A stretch of DNA of 57,049 nt, counting the filler, from Dirinaria sp. TL-2023a (taxonomy: Eukaryota): NCBI GenBank assembly GCA_051941275.1. It is 3 parts of 3 records of this genome, joined end to end, with 100 filler letters (N's around TTAATTAATTAA, not from the genome) between each part and the next. Parts side by side here need not be neighbours in the genome. Positions count along the whole stretch, not along the records: positions 19,056 to 38,002 come from JAVEBF010000359.1; positions 38,103 to 57,049 come from JAVEBF010000360.1; 1 more part is not named here. One strand, written 5' to 3'. Shown here piece by piece: positions 37,146 to 48,681 of the stretch. The notes below the pieces were generated by a model. The model saw nothing but the letters and a program-made list of their open reading frames with translations. It was not told where the DNA came from and did no database searches. How positions within the stretch are numbered: the first letter of the stretch is position 1; each line of letters begins with the position of its first letter. The position numbers and the translations under genes were made by a program.

Positions 37146-38002
37146 ATGCGCGGCCACATGTGGCGCGGTACGCCGCAACAGCGATACCGGCTGGAGGCTC
37201 TCAAGCTGATGGGCTTCGGCCACGCCAGATCGGAGATGATCCGCAGCGGCCAGCAGATGCTTTTCCCCAACAACCCAGACTTCTGGCACGACGCTGGGGC
37301 CGCGGTCCCGATTTTTATAACGCGCATGGCCGAGGTCGGCTGGAAGCGCGACCGCAACGGCGAGTACGTGATCCCGGAGGGTTTTGACCAACAGGCGTTC
37401 ATGGCCCAGCAGCTGGAGCGGGAGATCGCGCGCGGCGACCCGGTGCCTTGCTCCGGCGGCGAACGGGGGCGCGAAGAGAAACTCTGGCGTTTGAAACGGG
37501 AGCTTGCGGTGCGCCAGGGACAGGGAGGTCCGCCGTTGCAATACGGATTTGCGGGGAGAGGAGGAGATGGACCGCCGCCCTTTCCTGGAGGACGAGGACA
37601 CGGACGTGGTCGAGGTACGAATACCCAGCGCGGCGGTGGCCTCCACGGCCAACAGCTTGCCATCATGCCCGGTGGACCCCTGCCACCCGACTACCCGGGG
37701 GCTGAGCAAGATCCTGGATCCATGGGACCGCCACGCGGTTCTCACCGCGGCGGCGGCCACGGACATGGTCCCATGCCCGGAGGACGAGGACGAGGACGAG
37801 GACGAGGGGCACCACCACCACCACCACCGGGCTCTCCCTTTCAAATGCAAGGTCTGGACGACGAATACGGGGTCGAAGACGGTGATCAGCCGTATCATAG
37901 CCATGGTGGAGAAGGAGGTGGGTTTGGGATTGGCTTTGATAGTGATGATGAAGGGGATGAAGTTGGACCTGGGTTAGCGCCGCATAGGCATGGGCGTGGT
38001 GG
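37146..38002 (+). CDS. Hypothetical Gly/Pro/Arg-rich protein, truncated by the gap
   Basis: ATG 37146 opens a GC-rich frame that stays open up to the N-run. Globular-looking N-terminus followed by RG/PPP/acidic low-complexity tracts. Confidence 0.6.
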
Positions 38003-38102
38003 NNNNNNNNNNNNNNNNNNNNNNNNNNNNNNNNNNNNNNNNNNNNTTAATTAATTAANNNNNNNNNNNNNNNNNNNNNNNNNNNNNNNNNNNNNNNNNN
38101 NN
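38003..38102. other. Artificial contig spacer N44-TTAATTAATTAA-N44
   Basis: Same structure as 18956-19055. Confidence 0.97.
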
Positions 38103-38122
38103 GAGAGAGAGAGAGAGAGAGA
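38103..38122 (+). repeat. (GA)10 microsatellite at the contig end
   Basis: Perfect dinucleotide run abutting the gap, followed by a purine-rich tract; a likely cause of the assembly break. Confidence 0.9.
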
Positions 38123-38760
38123 AAGATCAAAAACCGAAACAACCAAAAAAAAAAAGGGGGGGGCGAAAGGGTATGAAGACAGAGGAAGACAGAGAGAAGA
38201 GAGAGGACGAGAAGAAGAAAGAAGGAAGATGAGGTTTTACATAGTCTATATAAAAAGGAGCAGGTTAGGAGTAGGATAGATATACGAAATATTCCATCTT
38301 ACATACATGTAGTCAAGAACGTTCCTTTTTTTTCCTCTGAAGGAAGAAAGAAGGGATGATGATGTTCATCCGTGACATTTGAATGGTAAAAACTTTGTTT
38401 TAAGATCGGGACTTTTTTTTTATCATCATCATCACAGATGAGAAAAAGGCTCTCTGCCTACTTTACATTGATCTGTGACCAAGATCTTCCTCCTGGGGGT
38501 ATCTAATATAATAATATATGCACATCTCTTTACTCTACTCTAAACAAAAACGAAGGTAATCCCTCCTCCTTAAATAAAGTAATGTAAACGACCGGAGAGA
38601 ACGGAGAATGGAATTGGGGATGGGTACATTAATGTCAGTGGCAAGAATTACGGAGTGATTGAGATGTCCACTCTCTGCTGCGCCTTCCCTGTTGGTTGGT
38701 GGTCGTCCCTACCTACTTTCTTAATTTGGCAACCCTCTCGACTTGAGCCGTAGTGGCTCC

Positions 38761-40250
38761 TTAGATAGCCACACCCACCTCCCTCACCTCCACGTCCATG
38801 GGCAGAGGTACTTTCTCTACGTCAGCCAGGCTAGGCACCACCGTCGTATACATGGTAACAGAACTGCTCAGGGAGCTGCCTTTCCGATGGGGGCTGGACC
38901 GTGCCGTCATCGTCGCTGTAGTGGTCGTCGTGGCTAGATCCGCGGCTGTGGATGCGCTGCTATAGATACTGCTTGACGAAATCGATGGGCGACGACGCGT
39001 CGAGAATGAAGGGCGGAGGGAGTAAAACGGCTTCATAGGGATAGGCGAGATGGGAGGGGTGGAGCGGAGCAGCCATTGCGAGATGCGCGATCTCGTGGAT
39101 GGAACTGGCGGGCGTGAAACATTTCTCTCCTCCCACGACGTTACTGCCTCTTGATTGCGTTGTTGGGAGCCTTGATTAAGAGAAGGGAAAAGAGGCGACC
39201 CAAACCACTCGGCAGAGCGCTGGCTCGAGAGCTGGGCCTTTGTCTCGGTAGGCGTAGTTGGCTGAAGAATATCTCGGACTGTCGCGCTCCGATCCCCATC
39301 CCCCTCCTTGTTGTCTTCCAGAATCGTATCACACCACGCTGTTACCCGCTCCCGCTCTTCGAGATGCGTCCGCAGCCGCAAACTCTGCTCGCTAGCTCGC
39401 CGGTACAATGTGTATACAGGCTCGGGCCCGCTTTTAGACCGCAGCAAAGGTGGCGATTGAGGCAGTCGGGTGTCCAAGGAGTCGAGGAAATCACGTGTGC
39501 TTTGGCTCGTACTTGCTATACTGGGTCGGCGTGTTGGGGGCTGTTGTGACGTCGCGGAAGACTGCGGCAGCGAAGGCAAGGTATTGAGGGTGTATCGGCT
39601 ATCCATACTACACCTTGAGAAGTCTGTCAAGGCCGCGTAGGAGGGCACGGGTTTACGTAGGATGGCAAAAGATGTCGAAGGCCGGGAGAGTATAGGATCG
39701 GACCGTGATTTGGTCAATGCACGCTGCGGAAAGGTAAGGCCGTTGCTGTCGTCATGATGGGCTCGGTCGAATTCCGGTAAAGGTGACAGCTCGTTACCCG
39801 GGATGTGGATGCTCAGTGTCAAGGGCCGAAAGCGTGCGCGAGCTGGCGGCGGCTCTACTTTCTTGAAGTCATAGGGCGCACCGATCGAGCCGACGGTTGT
39901 TCGTCTCCGCCGTGTAGAGAAGCTTGCTCGGCTTGAAGCTCTGGAAGCAAGCTGGCGACCTTCCGCCAACCATTGTGAAGGTCGAGACGAGCGTGACGCA
40001 GGACGGATACTTTCGAAGTCAAAGGAGGGAGGCAGAATAGGTTTGGGCTGCTCAGAGCATACTGCACTATCCTTTTCAAATGCTACGCCTCATCGTCAGC
40101 AACTACTTAGACAACAACAGGGAATGCATTCTCACCCGGCTCGAATGCAGGCTCAGACTGATCCGGCAGTCTTGTGGGAAAACAATATGCAATCGATGGC
40201 GCCAGCCATCTCGAGTGCATCCGCTGGACGCACTCACTCACCGCGTTCAT
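38761..40250 (-). CDS. Ser/Pro/Arg-rich hypothetical protein; intron 40135-40083
   Basis: Exon 1 MNAVSECVQRMHSRW... splices via GTGAGA..GCTGAC..GTAG in frame into ORF 38761-39969 (IGAPYDFKKV, FRPLTLSI...LSPLPEF, end VREVGVAI). Confidence 0.75.
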
Positions 40251-41145
40251 GGTCGCATGACCTCGACACAAGAAACCACCGACAGCGAAGGGCAGATGAA
40301 CAGGAACAGAAACAGGAACCGGCACGAACTAATATACAGCTGAGAGATCATGTGAAACGAGGCACACATCAACATAATCTCTGATGCGGATCCATAAAAA
40401 GAGATGAGTTGGTTCCATGGTCCACGTTGCACAGCTAAGGTAGCCGGCGCCAACAAATGAAATGCGAATGGGCCGGGAAGAGCAGAGACACCAGCGGAGT
40501 CAGATTAAGCACGACCGGGTGGGGAAGCAGCCAGGAGCCATTCACGAGCCGCATAATCAGTGAACAGTTGGTCGACTGGGTGTCTGGGGTTGAAGAGGCA
40601 GATGATGAGGCTCGGATGCGTGATTCGAGGGTTTGTCACCAGCTTGGGCGCGTATGGAATGAACCGGTCCATGCGGGCTGGCCAATGGTTGCGGAGAGGT
40701 GGCATGATGCCCACGCAGCTCTAAAATATGGTGCATTGATAATTTTGCTTTGAACCCCCTCATTGCTGCACGAGAAATGTTCCGGTGCTGGGGTCTCGGA
40801 CTCAAAGACTGAGTCTGGAAGCTCGTCTGGTTGCTCAGATGAAGATTAATGAACGTTTGAGATACAAGGGACCTGCACGGACCACCTGAAGATGCTTGGC
40901 AAAAAGTATCATAAAATGATCTTGGCTCTTGGCTCTTGGCATCAAATCACTATCCAGTCAAATCGCCGAATCGCGAACCCCTCAAAACTCGACGAAGAAC
41001 ACTGCACTTTTCATCTAACAGGATCAACAAAATACCCATGAAATCGCCTTCCAACTGCTATAACCCACCGTATCAATCACTCCGACTTTTGTTGTTGCGA
41101 CCCATTTCCACGCTCTAAGAATACCACTCCTCGCAACCGACAAGC

Positions 41146-42268
41146 ATGCCGAAGACATCAAAGGGAAGCCATGGGAAGCCGGCGAAACATGATTCCGTTG
41201 CTCCTCCTCCTGCTCCGCCCACAGAGAATAGCAGATGGTGCCATACTTGTGGACGACTGATTTGTAAGTACAGATCGGTAGGCAATTTTAGGGGGGGGTT
41301 TTCCTAGCGTGTTCCATTCTTGTTTTTCGGTGTCGGGGCGTTGTAGGGGCTGTGGTGCAGAGAGATGAGATAGGTGTTGTGTAGAGGGAGGGGAGTATAG
41401 GAAGGTTACGTACTTGGGGATGGGGGCGGAAGAGTGGGCTTTTGGATGACTGCGTCGGATTCTTGCAAAGGACTGCAGGTGGTTTTTTTATTGAGCCCTA
41501 AATCTCAATCTATACCCGTCATCGCTCCGCCCCAAACCATTGTATTCAATCATGAGCGAGCGTTCTCAAACTGAATCTTGGTTTCTAACTACCTTGCCAT
41601 CACCAGCACCTCGTAAGTCTCACTCCGTCCATGATAGCTCCACGCCTCCCAAGTACTGCTCCGACCGCTGCCGCCGCGAAAAGCCACCCGCTCACGGCCA
41701 GGGCATTGAAGCCACGATTGAACGCGCGTTCGTGCAGATGCTAGGACCGTTTGAGTCCGGCGGTGGCAGAACTAGTGCGATGAAAATCGTCCTTTGTGGG
41801 GAAGTCGAAGCGCGAGTGTTCGGGTCGCCGATTGACCGTGGCAAGAGAAACAACGGTGAGAATACTTCTTCGGAGGAAAGGTTCGACGGTAAGATAATGT
41901 CGGGGGATGAACGCAAAGAAGAGGAGCAGGAAGAGGATGAAAGTGATGGTGGGGTAGCTATCCACGAAACGCGAGCGGGTGATGATGGTAATCAGAACAG
42001 CGAGGCAGATTTGACTCCGCAGCAGGCAGGTAGACGACGAGCTGCCAATCGCGAAAAGGTGAGGCAGGCAGCGAGAAGAGGTGTCGTTTTTGGGTTTCCC
42101 ATTGATATCGACGGCTATACCGCAAGAGACACAAGGTATTCATCTAATCCAGAAGCCAGTCAGACAGTTCCTAGCCGGATTAGAGCAGAAGCTGTCCAAG
42201 GCGGGAGAGTGGTGGAGGCCAGTTTTGCCAAGGGCGAGTGGGGAGTAAGGTGGCGGGATGGAATTTAA
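41146..42268 (+). CDS. Small zinc-finger (DUF2256-like CxxC...YCSxRC) protein; intron 41264-41606
   Basis: Exon 1 ends WCHTCGRLI and exon 2 continues SPRK...KYCSDRCRREKP. C-terminal REKVRQAARRGVVFG...EASFAKGEWGVRW. Confidence 0.8.
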
Positions 42269-42557
42269 TGGGTACCGCGGGCGAAGGCGGTAAGAAGATA
42301 CCAAGAAAGACCCTCGCAAATCTGTTGTGAGTGTTAGTGCAACCTGGATATCCTTAAAGCAGCCACTACTCACAGCCGCCCTTTCATTGTTACATTTCAG
42401 CAGAATCAAAAGAGAACTGCTTAGCTGCCAAAACCTAAGCAGAAGACGAGAGCTCATGCATTCCGATCTCAAGTCTCCCGGTGTGAGATTCAACATCCAA
42501 ACACACACCTTTATGGCTGCCACAAGCACAGCATCTCCAATTCTTTGTTCGACCAAA

Positions 42558-45048
42558 CTACGTGCTACCGTGGCATGGTCTCTTGACTGACCTGGGAAAA
42601 ATCCAGGGGCTCTATATTGCGGAAATACGAGTCCCAGACGTCCTGTTCCGGATCATCAATTAACAAGCTGCCACACAGTGTGCCCTGTAGCAAGAACAAG
42701 CTCGAGTGCTTACCCAGTCTATTGCGGAATCAAAGTCCAATGTGCCAGCTTCAATCCCAAGCATTGGGTCATTACCCGGGTCAATATTGAATCTCGCTTC
42801 TTCACGTGGCGTATTCGCGCCAGTTTCCTGTAATGCGCCAGGGATCCTCGGTTTGACATTTGAACACCCATCCAACCGCCCCTTCATCTTGTCCAGTATT
42901 TTGAAAGCTCTACCGGCATCAATAGAAGTATGTTGAATTCCAGACCACAGGGAGTGCGATGTTGCCAAGGCTTGCCGGATCTGATCGAGCTCGGCCTTCT
43001 TAGCGTCCTGATACTTTGACAGATAAACCAACAATACAGTTCCCGCAAGGATAAAATCATGGAGATTGAATGATGATGTCCACCATTCGACATGCGGCCA
43101 GCGCTTATTGTCATGCATGGCGAATTGACAGGAGAGGAGCCTGAGCGCGGAATCGATACATGCTTGTCGAGAGACGGCAAAATCAGGATTGCCATATGCC
43201 GTCAGGTACCGGCGATGTAAGACGCAGTTGACCTTATGATAGAACATTTCGAGTTCAATTCTTTGCAGGACCAAGCGAGGAGGGTCTGTCGTCGAATCTG
43301 GTATCGACCGTCGGAGGTGTGGCGGTGCCTGCTCAAAAGCTCTGGCGAGTTGATCGTTGAGCTCAAGGATTTGGTGGTAGGACCCGGGGGAAAGGGTGTG
43401 GAGCTGTTCAATGATATCTCCAAAGACCCGGAAAACCCTGTTTTGAGCGACGAAATAAGAGTAATAGGTTGCCTCATTGCCATCCAGTGGTCGAGGCAGT
43501 GCAGCCATCGTGAGCGATAACTGCTCTTCCGAAAAATTGTGGGATGGCCTTGTGTCATACTCACTGCGGCGGATGACAGGCAATAGTCCAATTTGGAAAG
43601 AGCATAGCAGGTCAGTCTGGTAGACAAAGTTGAATACTCTTCTCCTCATCTCTGCATCGAATGGTGAGATATCCGGAAATTGCGAAGGTTCTCTATGATA
43701 GCCCATACGCATCGCAAGGCGGAGTATGTCGCCAGCCGTAAGCCACGTCCGTGTGATATCATTCCTGTTATGAGTAAAGCCAGCGTGCAAGAAAAGTACG
43801 CATGCTTCTATTGTGCCTTTGACCGGATTTGTGATATCACCGAGAGTCAGACATTTGGCAGCGAGGCGGCAATAGTAGTCAGCCCACTCCATAGGATTCT
43901 CTCGATACATTTCGGGAATGTTGGGATCTGCATGCCAAAATCGGAGTGCGAGACACAGCATGGAGTATAAACCCCCTAGCCAAGTATTTCCAGCAGCTTT
44001 GGGGTTCTCAGTGTATAGTTGACACTGATAGCAGTCAGTAAGTACTTCTGAGGAACATCTTCTACACGTATACATACCTCTTCGAGATACGTAGCTTGAT
44101 GCAGCACATCTAGAGCCGAACATTAGCTTTGTCGCTTTAGAGATATTTTTCTACGTACAAGCAGCGGGCATGGAAGGGTCATAAATGCCAAAGAACATAG
44201 CCACCAGCTGATCCAGGATTGGCTTTGAGGGCAGAGACTCTGTAAGTTCTTTTCCGTCGATATGGGACCAACCCACGGTGTAGGACAGCCCAACCATAAG
44301 CGGCCTAACTGCACCATCTTGTACTCGAGTCTGAGCGTCAGTATAGTGGATGTTGTCTCTAGTTTCGGACCAGAACGATTTCAGGTCGTTGATCTAGCTT
44401 TCCAATCAGCAAAGCTGATTCTCAATGGAATAATTGTGATCTTCGATTGACCTCGTGCAGGATACCGCTCCATGCAGTGTCTCCCGTATAGAGCTGGCTG
44501 CGGTTGTCTTTAATCTCCAAGACTCCAATAGGCGGCATCGCATCGTTCGACCTTTTTGCCCCATTTTGGCCTTGCGTGAGTACAACGTTAGGGTCTGGGC
44601 TTGACTTGAAAGACGAGCTGAGGCTAGTTGACGGATTCGACGGCAGCGACCCTGCTTTCTCGCCGATTGCGGCTAGTACTAGGTTCTCAAGTCGATTGAT
44701 TCTTTCTTGCATATCGGTTCCGGGCGAGCTCGCCGATGCTGGGCTACTGCCGTCATCATGATCTTCCTTGCCCTTGGGTGACGCATAGGTGCATGAAGCA
44801 TTTTCTCCACGGACTTCGCAATTCTGGCATGGACGATGTCTGTTGCAGCGAAGCCTAGATACTATCTTAGCATTCCATTATTCGAGGAGGTTTTGCGACG
44901 CTAGAGTGTCATGTTCCATATGCTCCACAGCAATCAGAGCCATGATGGTGACTGACTTTCTGATTTGACAAGGCGCACAAGATATGGGCACACGGTTCCT
45001 TCGTCTTTTCGGCGGTGGTTTCGATATCGATGCTGCATCCGCCGGCAT
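42558..45048 (-). CDS. Zn(II)2Cys6 fungal transcription factor with fungal-specific TF middle domain, at least 6 exons
   Basis: KRRRNRVPISCAPCQIRK|LRCNRHRPCQNCEVRGENASCTY, RINRLENLV coiled coil, LAMRMGYHREPS and EMRRRVF. Introns restore frame; the last exon is uncertain. Confidence 0.92.
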
Positions 45049-45916
45049 CTTATTCGATTGTGGTTTGACAGCGAGATGTCGTCTTATTCTCTACACATCA
45101 TACTTACGATCTGTCGGAGGATGACTTTGCAAAGTCTTGGAAAGGCAACTAAGTACACTTACGATGTTAACATATCACGTAGCCGCACTTGGATGGTTTC
45201 ACCTCTAGCCTAAGTTTTAAATAGAGCGTGCCTCATGTGGGTAAACCGTATCTATTTAGACCGAACGACTAAAGGCTACTATGCATTAGCACGTACAAGA
45301 TTCCCTCACACACTTTCTCATCGATGGGTAACTGGTGGTCTCCAAGACAGTGCATGGCAACGCTTCAACCCCACGCGTGTCCCGAAACCGTATCTCAACG
45401 GCCCCTATATTGGGTCGGACGGTACTCATACATATAGCGACCTGCTAACTCTACGAGACTTCACACTATCACGCTTATCATGCAGTGGGAAAGCTCGTTG
45501 CACTAAGGGTTTTCAGGTCTCTGCTAGGTACAACATGCTGCATCTAAATACAAGTAAAGGACCGCATGCCACGCCAGCTCGAAGGAGATTCTAGAATGCC
45601 ACATGCAATCATTGCAACTGAACAGTTGCCGTTGAGGATCGAAGCGGACTGCGAACTCGCTATGCAAGGAGCCGCGCCACCGAGGCTCTATCTCTTGCCG
45701 CAAAGGGAAATTGAGCTCATCGCCATTTGATGATGAGACTCAAGTATGAATAGATGCTCTGAGAATGCTGGGGAATTTGTCGTAAGTCGTAGTCATCGTA
45801 GCAGATCGTTCCGGGCCGGGTCCGGTACAGGTTTGGAGTCTGAAGAAGAAAGCGTCTTCGCCATCACAAAGGAACGTGTCGTCCAAGAGCCTGTCCCAGC
45901 CCAGGAGGCTACTGCT

Positions 45917-47306
45917 CTAGTCCCTGTATCGACGGTTGAGATCAGGTTCAGACCGCCGGTAGCCATCACGGCCTCCTCCCCCATATCCTCGCTGGGCCAT
46001 CTTCTCAGCCTTCCTCAATCGTTTTTCGTGTCGCTTCTGCCTCTCTTTCTTCTGCTCGGCTAGCTCTTCACGATGCTCTTGCACCTCCTGCCACTCACTG
46101 TACGCTCCTTTGATACCCAGAGCCGCAATGCCAATGGCCGCTGCGTCTTGCAATCTGGCCTTGTTCCTCCTCTTGCGGGACTCTGCCTCGGTGATCTCTC
46201 CCTTCGCAACCTCCTCGTGGCGCTTGTCGCGCGCTTCCATCGACTTATAGACGCCCTGTGCGGCGTGAATGGTGGCAACGGCAGCCAGGCCAGCAGTGAG
46301 ATACTCTTTACCCCTCATCTTCTTTGTCCGTCTGTCATCCTCGCTGGACGAGCAGACATCCGAAGAGGACGAAGAGGAAGATCGTTTCTCGCCGCGGTGC
46401 TCTTCGAAGTTGCCATTGTTGCGAGTTGCTACCTGTCCGTTGTTGCCTTTGTTGCGGGTCGCCACAGTTCCATCATAATCACTCTTGCCGTCTCTGCTAT
46501 CGCCGTTCTGGAGATATCCCGCTGGCACGTACCTGTTCCTGGGATCTTGAGACTGGGCACCTCGTGGACGGTCATCCTGCCTGTAGTCGTCCCTACGATA
46601 ATCGTCCCGGGAATATGCTCTCGGGCGGTCGCGGCGATCGGAATAGTCGCGGTCACGTCTTCGGTCTCGGTCGCGGTCGCGATCGCGATCACGTTCACGC
46701 TCGTGTTCTGCTGCGCCAGCAGCGCCACCAATGCCGAGTAGAGCTAGCGCTTGTTCCCCCAGAGATTTACGCCGATTACGAGCAAGAGGTGCAGGGGAGA
46801 CGGATGACTCGGAGTCGGAGTAGTGCCTGCGGCCTGCGATACCGTCAGACCCACGGACCGATCTCGATCGAGAGAAAGCTTACGACGTCTGTCATCACGG
46901 TCTAGGCCGCGGCCACCCCTTCCATACGGATCGCGTCCAGCGGATTTTGCACGATCACCAGTGACCCGCCTCTCGTATGTTTCCTCCTCATAATCTCCAC
47001 CTCCTCGGGATCGCCGCGGCTCACGTCGAGATTCGTAGCGGCGTGATCTGTCGTAGTCGTCGTAGTCACCGTCCTGGTCGTCGAAGCCACCCTTGGTTGG
47101 ACTCATGATCTTTTCCTTGAGCTTCCTGCCCTGGTTCTTCATGGGATCATAGACCTTTTCATAATTGTCGACTGAGGCTCACAGTTAGTTGGTATGATCA
47201 ACACAGGAAATTTTCACGAGCACGAGGATGGATCATGATCTGTGGCGAAAAGGGTCTTACCGGCAGGGCCAGCGGCTTCGAGTGCGAGTTCACCAAAGTC
47301 AGTCAT
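45917..47306 (-). CDS. DUF3824-like Arg/Asp/Ser-rich protein, multi-exon
   Basis: Start MTDFGELALEAAGPA|, RS/RD repeats, AGLAAVATIHAA and LQDAAAIGIAALGIKGAYSEW motifs. Confidence 0.78.
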
Positions 47307-47904
47307 GCTGTATTTCCCCAGCGGGTTACCAGGCAAAGTGAGGAACGATTACCTTTGAGGCCTGGGCGAAGTCAGTTGACTGCGACAGCACCAAAGCGAC
47401 TCAAATGGAAGATAAGGAGGGATTACCAAGAACGGCGAATTGAGCCATGGCTGCCCGAACAGCAGAATATTAAATCTCTCGATGGGGTGCAGAGCAGAAG
47501 TGGGAGGGGAGAGTGGGTTGATTGGCTCTAGGGGAGAATTTGCCTTGGTTGCCAAGCGACGGACTGAAGGGAAACCCCACCAATCTCCGTAATAGGGGAA
47601 GATACTTAGGGTACGAGACCTGGACCGAGGGACTCGCTTGACTCCCACCTTACCTTACCTAATTTTCGCCGTCCAAAATGAACGTCGGATCTGGCATATG
47701 ATGATGAGGAGTGAGATGAAGGTGAGGAATATGAACGCAGGATGGGAAAGGAAAAAAGTAAGGTAGTAGTAGTGTGTGATCACGCACACGCAGGATGATC
47801 TAATAACTGATGCGCTGTTCAATTCGCTAGAGCCTCCGAAGGAACAGAGTGGAAGCTGGCTGTGTGTCTTCTTTTTTTTCCACACTTATCAGGGTCTAAC
47901 GCTT

Positions 47905-48365
47905 ACTACCGGTACTAAAGTACGGAATTACCTCGCTCCCTTCCTTACCTTACCACCTTAAGGTACCTTACTACTCTACCTTACCTTACTACTACTGCTG
48001 ACCGCTCCAACGACTCCGACGAGTCCCGCCAAATTGCCCTCCCATCCAATCAGCTGATTGAATAAAATACCTGGCGGCGGGGACTTCGTCTCGAAACGAA
48101 CCTTAAATGGCGACAGGCGAGACCACCTACCGAGCCACCTAAAGCACGGAGTACAGTAAGGTACATAAAGTAAGGTACTTGCAGTGGGGTTCTCCGGCCA
48201 GAGTCAAGATACCTGAAGGTGAGGTAAGGGTAGTTTCAGGGTACGAGTACAGTTTAAGGTGCCCGAGGTGCCTAAGGTACCTTAGGTACCTTAAGGTAAG
48301 GTAAGTACAGGTCCTCTTCTTACCTTATCTACCCTAAGTAAGGTGTCTTGCTTAGGAGGTACTTC
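47905..48365. repeat. AAGGTA/TACCTT-rich low-complexity intergenic tract with palindromes
   Basis: TAAGGTACCTTA at 47959-47970; perfect 16-bp CCTAAGGTACCTTAGG at 48271-48286; many CCTTA and TAAGG units. Confidence 0.7.
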
Positions 48366-48681
48366 ACTCTGCTCCTTTCAGTGGTCACTGTGGTCTAATG
48401 TATAATATGCATACGAAAGATGGGCACGCGTTATCATCTCACCAGCGGGTGCTACCACATGCTACGATCAAATATTCGACATTGGCCTCTGTATGAAGTA
48501 CTAGTACCACAGAGGTTTCTCGATTCCCGCTAGCTCCATTGGCCCATTGCGTCCTTGCATTCCCCTTACGCAATCCTCAGAATGTCCAGGATCCAGGCAG
48601 TGCGTCAAGAAACAAGCAAGCTTTCTCACACTCAGCAGACCGAGCTTAGAGCATACCTAGATTGAAGGTGACGAGTAGGGG

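Noticed and set aside
37061..37977. Multiple long overlapping and antisense ORFs (also at 32960-33667, 46073-46905, 55597-57014)
   Set aside because: Expected shadows of GC-rich or low-complexity coding sequence on the other frame or strand.
42558..45048. Zn2Cys6 gene as a frameshifted pseudogene
   Set aside because: All apparent frame breaks are explained by canonical short introns.
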